Source: an uncultured Candidatus Micrarchaeota archaeon (GTDB taxonomy: Archaea > Micrarchaeota > Micrarchaeia > Anstonellales > Bilamarchaeaceae). From it: a DNA stretch of 64,000 nt. Position numbers and translations under genes: made by a program. Position 1 is the first letter of the stretch. The number at the start of each line of letters is the position of its first letter. Under the pieces are notes generated by a model. It saw nothing but the letters and a program-made list of their open reading frames with translations. It made no database searches and was not told where the DNA came from. The DNA lies in the NCBI GenBank assembly GCA_963714085.1, contig OY970229.1, forward strand, positions 672,001-736,000, read 5' to 3'. Positions 9,790-17,122 of this stretch are shown one piece after another.

Positions 9790-10337
9790 GCGAGAAAGAG
9801 GAAACGAGGATAATCGAGGCTGCTTTGTTCATCTCAGCCAGGCCCATGGCGCTTGAGGAGCTGCGCACGCTCACAGGCATCGGGGCGCTGGGCTATCTGA
9901 GGAAGGTCGTGGAGGACCTGCAGTCCGAATACGCCGGGCGCAACAGCGCCATAGAGATACTGAGCGTTGACGGCAAATACGAGATGCGCGTGCGCCAGGA
10001 CTACGTGGGCAGGGTGAAGCAGTTCGCCCAGGATACGGAGATATCCAAGCCCGCGCTGCGCACGCTGGCCTATATATCCAAGCACGACGGGGTGCTCAAA
10101 TCCGAGATTGCCAGGCGCATCGGCTCGTCCATCTACGAGGATGTACGCGAGCTGGTGGAAGCCGGATTCGTGAAGCCGAAGAAGGCGGGCAGGAGCTCGA
10201 GCCTCTGGCTCACGGACAAGTTCCACAAATATTTCGTCAAGGGCGAGGTCGCCGCCGTAGCCCCCAAGCCGCAGGACGCCGAGGCGCAGACCACGCTTCC
10301 GGCTGCTGCTCCGGAACCAGATGAAACAATGGAATAG
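9786..10337 (+). CDS. scpB: SMC-Scp complex subunit ScpB
   Basis: IIEAALF...; S.PALRTLAYI....GVLKSEI; T.KF..YF. Confidence 0.9.
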   Translation: MSEKEETRIIEAALFISARPMALEELRTLTGIGALGYLRKVVEDLQSEYAGRNSAIEILSVDGKYEMRVRQDYVGRVKQFAQDTEISKPALRTLAYISKHDGVLKSEIARRIGSSIYEDVRELVEAGFVKPKKAGRSSSLWLTDKFHKYFVKGEVAAVAPKPQDAEAQTTLPAAAPEPDETME

Positions 10338-10393
10338 GATGTTTCCGGGAGCGGGTTTTAGCTAAATCAGATGGGCGTTAACCTGGGCGATGC

Positions 10394-11788
10394 CTAGAAC
10401 CCGAGCAGGTCCTTCACCATACCCACCGCATTGCCGCCGGTCTCCTCTTCTTCTTCAGGCTCCTCCTCCTTGGCGGTCTTTTTGCCTTTGGCTTTTTTAG
10501 GTTTTTTCGCGGGTTTCGGCTCAGGCTCTTCCTCTTCTGGTTCCTTCTTGGCCTCCTTCTCCTCTGATTCGTCGCCTAGGCCGATGTCCCAGAAAGGCTT
10601 CCCTTCTTTCTTTTGCTTTTTCCTGGGTTTGGGCTCTGGCTTCTTCTCCTCAGGTTCTTGCTTCTCCTTTTCAGCCGGCTCGCCCTCCCCGGATTCATCG
10701 CCGAAGCCTAGGCCCCAGAACGGCTTGCCTTCCTTCTTCGGCTGTTCCTCGGGCTCTTTCTCTTCATGAGCTTCCTTCTCCTCTTCTGCAGGTTTAGCCG
10801 GGCTCTCCGCGGACTCTCCGCCGAAGCCGAGGTTCCAGAACTGCCTGCCTTCTTTCTTAGGCTTTTCCCTGGGCTTCGCCCCGGAACCGAGCAGCTTGAG
10901 CAGCAGCGCCTCCTGCGCCCACATCCTGTTCTCGGCCTGGTCCCATACCGCGGTGGCGCTCGCGCCGTCCAGCACGGAATCCGTTATCTCCTGGCCCCTG
11001 TGCGCGGGCAGGCAGTGCATCACTATGCAGTCCGGCTTCGCGAGCTTCAACAGCCCGTCGTTCACCTGGTATGGCGTGAGCTTCTCGATGCGCTCGGCCT
11101 GGCTGGCCTCCTCGCCCATGGACACCCAGACGTCGGTGTATATCACGTCGGCGTCCTTGACCGCATGATTCGGGTCGCTCGTGACCTCGACCTTGGCCCC
11201 GGATTTCCATGCGGACTCCAGCGTCTCGCCCTTGGGGAGGTATCCCTTCGGGCCGCAGAGCACCACGTGCATGCCATAGCGCGCGGCTATGTGCATTATC
11301 GAGGTCGCCACGTTGTCCGCCGCGTCCCCTATGAAGACCAGCTTGCCCTTGTCCTTGCCGTGCTCGATTATGGTCTGCATGTCAGCGAGCGCCTGGCAGG
11401 GGTGCTCGAGGTTCGTGAGCGCGTTTATGACCGGGACCGTTGCGTGCTTCGCCAGCTCCTCCAGGTCCGAGTGCTTGGAAAGCCTCGCGGTTATGGCATG
11501 GCAGTAGCGGGAGAGCACGCGCGCGGTGTCGGCCAGGGTCTCGCCCCTGCTGATCTGGGAGCTGTTGAAATCCATGACTATGGACTGGCCGCCGAGGTTA
11601 GCCATCGCGGTCTCGAAGGAGAGCCGCGTGCGTGTGGACGGCTTCTCGTAGAGCGATATTAGGACCTTGCCCCTCAGGTCGTCCCGCGCCCGATCGTTCT
11701 CCTCCTTGAGCTGCATCGCGAGGTCAACTACTTCCCTCATGAAGTCTTCGGGCATGTCCCGCATGGTCAGCACGTTCATAGTAATCAT
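10394..11788 (-). CDS. argF: Ornithine carbamoyltransferase with a ~160-aa acidic/basic repetitive C-terminal extension
   Basis: STRTR, HPCQ, DVWVSMG, HCLP and QAENR motifs; start at 11788 or 11779. Confidence 0.92.
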   Translation of the reverse strand: MITMNVLTMRDMPEDFMREVVDLAMQLKEENDRARDDLRGKVLISLYEKPSTRTRLSFETAMANLGGQSIVMDFNSSQISRGETLADTARVLSRYCHAITARLSKHSDLEELAKHATVPVINALTNLEHPCQALADMQTIIEHGKDKGKLVFIGDAADNVATSIMHIAARYGMHVVLCGPKGYLPKGETLESAWKSGAKVEVTSDPNHAVKDADVIYTDVWVSMGEEASQAERIEKLTPYQVNDGLLKLAKPDCIVMHCLPAHRGQEITDSVLDGASATAVWDQAENRMWAQEALLLKLLGSGAKPREKPKKEGRQFWNLGFGGESAESPAKPAEEEKEAHEEKEPEEQPKKEGKPFWGLGFGDESGEGEPAEKEKQEPEEKKPEPKPRKKQKKEGKPFWDIGLGDESEEKEAKKEPEEEEPEPKPAKKPKKAKGKKTAKEEEPEEEEETGGNAVGMVKDLLGF

Positions 11789-11800
11789 CGTATCCTGGAA

Positions 11801-11940
11801 AGCATCATCCCGGCAACCGCGTGAACTACCCATGTCTAAAGCCCTGGGCTTCCTGTTTCATTGAAGATACTTGCCAGTTACGTTTATAACCAGTAGAGGT
11901 CTCTTCTCCACAGGCCTTACTTCCCGGCGTCCCGCCGGTA
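11801..11940 (-). ncRNA. Putative TnpB omega-RNA (scaffold overlapping the tnpB 3' end, plus ~20-nt guide)
   Basis: Minus strand has hairpin CCGGCG-GGA-CGCCGG, CCTGT/ACAGG pairing and the terminal GAAGCCCAGGGCTTTAGACATGGGTAGTTCAC typical of IS605/IS1341 right ends. Predicted guide GCGGTTGCCGGGATGATGCT. Boundaries approximate. Confidence 0.7.
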
Positions 11941-13020
11941 GCTCGTTGGAGTATGTTTATCGCCGCATTGAGGTCCCTGTGCATGGATGCCCCGCACGGG
12001 CAATCGTGCCACCTCTCCGCAAGCGACTTCTTTCGTATAAGACCGCAGTTGCTGCACCTCTGCGAGGTGTGGGCAGGATTCACCAGCACGACTTCGCAAC
12101 CAGCTCCTTCCGCCTTGTAGCTGATCATGCTGACGAACTCCGCCCAGCTGCAGTCCAATACCTCTTTCGCCAGGAAACCCCGCGTCAATCCTTCGTTGTT
12201 CAGCGCTTCCATGGCTATGAGCGAATGATTCTCCACAAGGGCGCGGCTTGCCTTGTGCAGGAAATCCCTTCTTTTGTTCGCGAGCCTCTCATAGGCGATT
12301 GCAACCGCTTTTCTGTTTTTGGCCCTGTTTGAGCTGCCTTTCGTTTTATTCGACATCCTCCGCTGGACGAGCTTAAGCCGTTCCTCTGCCAATCTGAGAT
12401 TCCGCGGATTCTCTATCCTTGAGCCGTCGCTCAGATAGGCGAATGTTTCTATCCCCAAGTCGATTCCGACTGGAGACGCCTTATTTCTCTCCGGCGTCTT
12501 TCTTTCGGATTCGGTCGTGAAAATCGCATACCACTTCCCTGAAGGGGATTTCTTTATGGTAAGGGTTTTGATTCTACCATCCATCTCCCTGTGTTTCCTG
12601 ATTGCCACGCTCCCGATTCCTGACAGCTCCAGCTTGTCTTTGAGCTTGAAGCCGAACTGGGGATAAGTCATGGATTTCACCCGTTCGAATGATTTGAACC
12701 GCGGAAATCCTGCTTTCCTGCGGGCTTTTTTCCTTGCGACCACCCCTTTCAGGGATTTCACAAGCCTGTCTGCGACGTTCTGGGCTACCTGGGAATAAAG
12801 CCCCGTATCCTTTGCCAGAATATAGAGATGCTTTCGAGTCGGGAATTTCTTTGTTTCCTCGTAATATCCCTTCGTGTGATCCAGCAAGGAATTCCAGAGT
12901 GTTTTGCATTCGTAGAACTGACGGTTCAGCAATTTTTCCTGGCTTCTTGAAGGGTATAACCTGTACTTCCAAGCGCGCGTCAGTCTCATAAAGCTTTGCC
13001 GGAAAGGCTGTTTATAAGCG
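11821..13020 (-). mobile_element. IS1341-type (tnpB-only) IS200/IS605 element
   Basis: tnpB with no tnpA; right end TTCAC at 11821; left end not clearly identified. Confidence 0.6.
11826..12989 (-). CDS. tnpB: RNA-guided endonuclease TnpB (IS200/IS605 family)
   Basis: N-terminal KYRLYP, GFPRFK, RuvC GIDLG / IAME / RDLNAAIN, zinc finger CSNC...CPC. Likely start MRLTRAW at 12989, just downstream of a TATA-like CTTATAAA. Confidence 0.95.
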   Translation of the reverse strand: MRLTRAWKYRLYPSRSQEKLLNRQFYECKTLWNSLLDHTKGYYEETKKFPTRKHLYILAKDTGLYSQVAQNVADRLVKSLKGVVARKKARRKAGFPRFKSFERVKSMTYPQFGFKLKDKLELSGIGSVAIRKHREMDGRIKTLTIKKSPSGKWYAIFTTESERKTPERNKASPVGIDLGIETFAYLSDGSRIENPRNLRLAEERLKLVQRRMSNKTKGSSNRAKNRKAVAIAYERLANKRRDFLHKASRALVENHSLIAMEALNNEGLTRGFLAKEVLDCSWAEFVSMISYKAEGAGCEVVLVNPAHTSQRCSNCGLIRKKSLAERWHDCPCGASMHRDLNAAINILQRATGGTPGSKACGEETSTGYKRNWQVSSMKQEAQGFRHG

Positions 13021-13078
13021 TTTCCCGGGTGCATTTCCGCGGTGCGCACGACGCAGTTGAGCAGATTCGGCCCTTTCA

Positions 13079-13100
13079 TCCCATATTTGAAAATATGGGA
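13079..13100. repeat. Perfect 10-bp inverted repeat TCCCATATTT-GA-AAATATGGGA between the divergent tnpB and rpsJ promoters
   Basis: Read directly from the sequence; function unknown (operator or IS left-end hairpin). Confidence 0.6.
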
Positions 13101-13193
13101 CTTCCCGGGCCTAAGGCATTTAAAAGTCGTCCCCGAACGTTTAAATATGTTTGCGCCCAAATCTCATCTCTACGTAATTCTCACAGAGTTGAT

Positions 13194-13502
13194 ATGATGA
13201 CAAAGGTAAGGATAACTTTGAGCGGCGAGGACCCCAAGGCCCTTGAATCAGTCATAGGCCAGGTCAGGGAGCTCTCTACCGCGCTGCAGATGAAATTCCA
13301 CGGCCCGGTTAGGATGCCGGTCAGGCGCCTCAACATCGCGTGCAGGCGCACGCCCTGCGGAGACGGCTCTGACACCTACGAGATATGGGAGAAGCGCGTC
13401 TCCAAGCGGCTCGTGGACATCGAGGGGGACGAGAAGTACATAAAGCAGATACTCAGGATAAAAGTCCCGACCAACGTGTTCGTGAAGATATCGATATCAT
13501 GA
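13194..13502 (+). CDS. rpsJ: 30S ribosomal protein S10 (uS10)
   Basis: KVRITLSG...GPVRMP..RL.I..RRTPCGDGSDTYEIWEKRVSKRLVDI. Confidence 0.9.
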   Translation: MMTKVRITLSGEDPKALESVIGQVRELSTALQMKFHGPVRMPVRRLNIACRRTPCGDGSDTYEIWEKRVSKRLVDIEGDEKYIKQILRIKVPTNVFVKISIS

Positions 13503-13972
13503 AACTCCTTCTGGACGAGATGCTCAAGAAAGCAGTGAAACTGCTGCGTATTTTCGGCATGGACGCGGAGTTCGCGGAAGGCAGGAACGACAACGAGCTC
13601 CTTGAAGCGGCCAGAGACTCCGGCGCTGTGCTGGTCACGCGGGACGCGGAGCTCTATTCAAGATGCCTCAAAGCCGGAGCGAGGGGCTTCTTCGTGAAGA
13701 GCGACGCGATCGAGGAGCAGATAGCCGAGATGAAGAACGGGCTGGCCCTGGAGTTCACTTTCCCGAAGGAGAGCAGGTGCCCGGCGTGCAACACCCCCTT
13801 GGAAGCGGTCCTGCCCGGCCAGGTCGCTGATCTCGTGCAGCCGAATGTGCTCAAGGAGTACGAGAAGTTCTACTTGTGCAGGAAATGCAACAAGGCCTAC
13901 TGGGAAGGGTCGCACTGGAGGAACATAACCAGGATATACGAGAATGCCCAGAGGATAGCGCGCGGCGAGTAG
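13499..13972 (+). CDS. Mut7-C RNase domain protein (PIN-like domain plus Zn ribbon)
   Basis: LLDEML...LR.FG.D, LVTRD, RCPACN...CRKCNKAYWEGSHW; ATGA overlap with rpsJ. Confidence 0.9.
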   Translation: MKLLLDEMLKKAVKLLRIFGMDAEFAEGRNDNELLEAARDSGAVLVTRDAELYSRCLKAGARGFFVKSDAIEEQIAEMKNGLALEFTFPKESRCPACNTPLEAVLPGQVADLVQPNVLKEYEKFYLCRKCNKAYWEGSHWRNITRIYENAQRIARGE

Positions 13973-14044
13973 ACGTTCCCCACAGCGGGTAGGCGATGAG
14001 TGGGGATTCCCACAGCCAGAACGGCATTCAACGTGATGCTCGCC

Positions 14045-14060
14045 AAAAAATTTATAAATG
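14045..14060 (+). promoter_or_regulatory. Archaeal BRE/TATA promoter (AAAAAA-TTTATAAA)
   Basis: Consensus TATA at 14051-14058, predicting a TSS near 14081. Confidence 0.7.
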
Positions 14061-14080
14061 TTGGTGAAGTATACCTTCCC

Positions 14081-14325
14081 GCCTCCGAAGGGCTCTGAGG
14101 AGGACATTTCGGTTGTCCTGAAAAGGATGGATACGCTTCAGCCTCTGTCAAGTGATCGGCCATTAATGCGGTGACTGGACTATAACTCACCACACGAAAC
14201 CCCGGCTTGTCATGCTTCCGGCGTTCCGAAAGAGATCACCTCTAGAACGAGCGAATCGGGTTAAGATTGATATTCGCAATCGCTCGGGGAACTCTTTCAC
14301 CGAGTCCAGATAACAGAGCCCCAAG
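14081..14325 (+). ncRNA. Unassigned highly structured RNA or 5' leader (~240 nt)
   Basis: Nested complementary segments 14090-14097/14314-14321, 14175-14181/14303-14309, 14228-14234/14292-14298 and 14248-14254/14280-14286; hairpin 14101-14119; no credible ORF; own TATA box. Confidence 0.65.
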
Positions 14326-14345
14326 GATTCTTTTAGGTGTGTGTG

Positions 14346-14498
14346 ATGGCGAAGAAACAGAAGAAAGCCTCCCGTGTGGTGAAGAAAGCGAAGCCTGGCC
14401 CGAACAGGAAGGGCGGGAGGAGCGCGAGCGGGAAGGACAAGCACTCCAAGGTCAGGAAGCTCATCGCGCTCGCGAAGAAGATGCTGCGCAGGAAGTAA
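14346..14498 (+). CDS. Small, highly basic Lys/Arg-rich protein (50 aa; below the ORF-track cutoff)
   Basis: AGGTG RBS at 14335-14339; MAKKQKKASRVVKKAKPGPNRKGGRSASGKDKHSKVRKLIALAKKMLRRK*; AAG-rich codons as in host genes. Confidence 0.7.
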   Translation: MAKKQKKASRVVKKAKPGPNRKGGRSASGKDKHSKVRKLIALAKKMLRRK

Positions 14499-14534
14499 AG
14501 CAAGCTATTTATTAGTGCGCTCCGAATCCCGAAC

Positions 14535-15458
14535 ATGCAGACCAGGGTCCGACGCATAGTGAGTGACATAAAAGCGCTCAAGATACAGGGCGCGAGGAAT
14601 GTCGCCAGGTCAGCCATAGGCGCGCTGATCATCGAAGCCGATGGGTCCAAGGCGAAGAGCCCCGCGGCGCTGGTGCGCGAGATAAGGCTCGCCGGAGACG
14701 CGCTCGCGGCTTCGAGGCCCACCGAGCCCATGATGAGGAACGCGATCGAGGATGCGAACCGGTACCTCGCAGGGGAAGCGAAGAAGAAACAGGCCATCGG
14801 ACGGCTCAAAAGCTCGTTCGCCGCGCGGGAGAACGCACAGCTCGAGCGCATGGTCAGGGAATTCGAGAAGCTCACCGAGTACGGCGCGGGGCTAATCCCG
14901 GACAACGCGGTCGTGCTCACCCACTGCCACTCCTCCACCGTGACCGGGATACTCAAAAGGGCCAAGATGAATAGGACGAGGTTCAGCGTCGTCGCATGCG
15001 AGACCAGGCCCAGGTGGCAGGGAAGGATAACCGCGACCGAGCTCGCCAAGGCTGGCATAGACGTGACGCTCGTGGTGGACGGGGCGGCGAACATGATGAT
15101 GAAGAAGGCGGACCTCTGCCTGGTGGGCGCGGATTCCATCACATCCAAGGGCGACCTGATAAACAAGGTCGGGACCAGCATGATAGCGCACCTGGCGAGG
15201 ATGCACGATGTGTCGTTCTTCTCGGCGGCCGAGCTCTCGAAGTTCAGCCGCTTCACCATGTACGGCGCGCGGGAGCAGATAGAGGAGAGGGACCGCGCCG
15301 AGGTCTGGGACATGCCCGCCCGCGGGGTGAGGATAAGGAACCCTGCCTTCGACGTCACCGCTTCGTCCTACATAAGCGGATACGTGACCGAACTGGGCGT
15401 GATACCGGCCCAGTCGTTTTTCAATGTTGCTGCGCAGAAGCTCGGAATAGACATATGA
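14535..15458 (+). CDS. Ribose-1,5-bisphosphate isomerase (eIF2B alpha/beta/delta family)
   Basis: IQGARNVA, SRPTEP, LTHCHSSTV, ETRP..QG, VGAD, NKVGT and NPAFDVT motifs; adjacent to AMP phosphorylase. Confidence 0.9.
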   Translation: MQTRVRRIVSDIKALKIQGARNVARSAIGALIIEADGSKAKSPAALVREIRLAGDALAASRPTEPMMRNAIEDANRYLAGEAKKKQAIGRLKSSFAARENAQLERMVREFEKLTEYGAGLIPDNAVVLTHCHSSTVTGILKRAKMNRTRFSVVACETRPRWQGRITATELAKAGIDVTLVVDGAANMMMKKADLCLVGADSITSKGDLINKVGTSMIAHLARMHDVSFFSAAELSKFSRFTMYGAREQIEERDRAEVWDMPARGVRIRNPAFDVTASSYISGYVTELGVIPAQSFFNVAAQKLGIDI

Positions 15459-15467
15459 GGTGTTCAC

Positions 15468-17078
15468 ATGGCGAAGAAAGACGAAAAGGAAGACGAGAAA
15501 GAGCCCATGTTCGTGGAGAAGGAGATGAAGAAGGTTGATGTGTGGAGGTACAAGAAGTACATCTGCAGGGCAAGGATAGTGAACATACTCACCACCATGA
15601 ACATCATAGTGCTCAACACCGCGGAGGCCAAGCAGCACGACATCTACGGCGGCTACCGCACCGAGATGCACTTCGGGGGCAAGAACGTCATCGCCATAGT
15701 GGATGTGAGCGACGCGCTGGTGAAGCCCGGCGAGGTGGGCGTGTACAAGGACATCGCCGACGCCTACGGCTTGAAGGACGGCGAAAGCGTGGAGATAGTC
15801 CACATGGACAGGCCCGCGTCCATAGAGTACATCAAGAAGAAGCTCGACAACGGGACCCTCTCCACCGACCAGATAAGGACCGTGGTGCAGGAAGTGATGG
15901 ACGGCAAGCTGAACGACGTAGAGACATCGGCCTGGATAACCGGCACCTACGTGAACGGGCTGGCGGACAGCGAGATAATCGCCCTCACCAACGCGACGGT
16001 GGAATCCGGCGAATCGCTGGACCTGGGCGTCAAGCCGGTGCTGGATAAGCATTGTATCGGAGGAGTCGCCGGGAACCGGACCACCATGATACTCGTCCCC
16101 ATAATCGCCGCGGCAGGGCTTTACATACCGAAGACCTCGAGCAGGTCCATAACCTCGGCATCCGGCACCGCGGACACCATGGAGGTTCTCTGCGACGTTG
16201 ACTTCAAGATAGAGGAGATGAAGACCATCGTGCTCAAGGCCAAGGGCGCGGTGGTGTGGGGCGGAGGCATGAACCTGGCTCCTGTCGACGACAAGCTCAT
16301 CAAGATAAGGCACCCCCTGAGCCTGGACCCGGAAGGCATGCTCCTGGCGTCCATACTGGGCAAGAAGAAGTCCGTGGGCGCGCAGTACATCGTGATTGAC
16401 ATACCGGTCGGCCGCGGGGTCAAGGTGCCCTATGTCGAGAAGGCGCGGGACCTGGCTAAGCACTTCCTCACGATAGGCAAGTCTCTCAACATGGGCATCG
16501 AGGCGCTGATAACTGACGGCGCCGAGCCCGTGGGCAATGGCATAGGGCCGGCGCTCGAATGCCGGGACGTGCTCCAGGTGCTCGAAGGCGGCGGACCTGA
16601 GGACCTGCGGCACAAGTCCCTGCTCATGTCAGGCAAGCTCATGGAGCTCTGCGGCAAGGTGGAGAAGGACGGGGGCTATGCGGCTGCGGAGAATCTCCTC
16701 AAATCAGGCAAGGCGCTCGCCAAGATGAAGGAGATAATCGAGCTCCAGGGCGGGGACCCGAAGGTGAAATCCTCGGACATGCCCATCGGCCAGTACAAGT
16801 TCACGGTCAAGGCCGAGCAGGGAGGCAGCATATTCCACATCGACAACCATACGATGTCCAAGATAGCCAGGATAGCGGGCGCGCCCAGGGACCAGGGCGC
16901 TGGCATAGACCTCTACAAGCTCAGGGGCGACCGGATAAACACCGGGGACGACCTGTTCACCATCTACGCGGAGAGCGAGACCGCCCTGGATTTCACGCTC
17001 AAGGCCCTGGAGGAGCTGGAACCCATCGAGATGCGCAAGATGCTGCTGGGCACCATGGGAGGCGGGGGCGGCCAGTGA
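15468..17078 (+). CDS. deoA: AMP phosphorylase (thymidine phosphorylase family)
   Basis: DKHCIGGVAGNRTT, PKTSSRSITSASGTADTMEVL, plus the extra archaeal N-terminal domain. Confidence 0.93.
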   Translation: MAKKDEKEDEKEPMFVEKEMKKVDVWRYKKYICRARIVNILTTMNIIVLNTAEAKQHDIYGGYRTEMHFGGKNVIAIVDVSDALVKPGEVGVYKDIADAYGLKDGESVEIVHMDRPASIEYIKKKLDNGTLSTDQIRTVVQEVMDGKLNDVETSAWITGTYVNGLADSEIIALTNATVESGESLDLGVKPVLDKHCIGGVAGNRTTMILVPIIAAAGLYIPKTSSRSITSASGTADTMEVLCDVDFKIEEMKTIVLKAKGAVVWGGGMNLAPVDDKLIKIRHPLSLDPEGMLLASILGKKKSVGAQYIVIDIPVGRGVKVPYVEKARDLAKHFLTIGKSLNMGIEALITDGAEPVGNGIGPALECRDVLQVLEGGGPEDLRHKSLLMSGKLMELCGKVEKDGGYAAAENLLKSGKALAKMKEIIELQGGDPKVKSSDMPIGQYKFTVKAEQGGSIFHIDNHTMSKIARIAGAPRDQGAGIDLYKLRGDRINTGDDLFTIYAESETALDFTLKALEELEPIEMRKMLLGTMGGGGGQ

Positions 17079-17122
17079 GGCGCGAGATTTATAAGGACTT
17101 CTCAGCACTTTCATGTTCCATC

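Noticed and set aside
12990..13193. N-terminal extensions of tnpB and rpsJ given by the ORF track
   Set aside because: They run through AT-rich promoter DNA; family-typical N-termini begin at 12989 and 13194.
14090..14145. Hammerhead-ribozyme-like core (CTGAGGA - stem - GAAA ... TTC)
   Set aside because: An extra T lies between stem II and GAAA, stem III is only 3 bp, and the stronger GGGCTCTG/CAGAGCCC helix would disrupt the core. Not called without a cleavage assay.
14097..14180. TPP-riboswitch-like words (TGAAA, TGATC...TAATG)
   Set aside because: The conserved UGAGA, P1 and the GCG junction are not properly present, and no thiamine genes lie downstream.
14155..14305. 5S rRNA or RNase P RNA identity for the structured RNA
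   Set aside because: Only scattered short resemblances (CGGCCAT, GCGTTCCG, CCCGGCTT). 5S helices II/III and the RNase P GAGGAAAGUCC motif could not be built.
14892..16613. Long antisense or alternate-frame ORFs (e.g. 14892..16613, 29225..30964, 17428..18639, 3308..4252)
   Set aside because: Shadow ORFs of GC3-rich real genes; they overlap well-supported CDSs and have no recognisable motifs.
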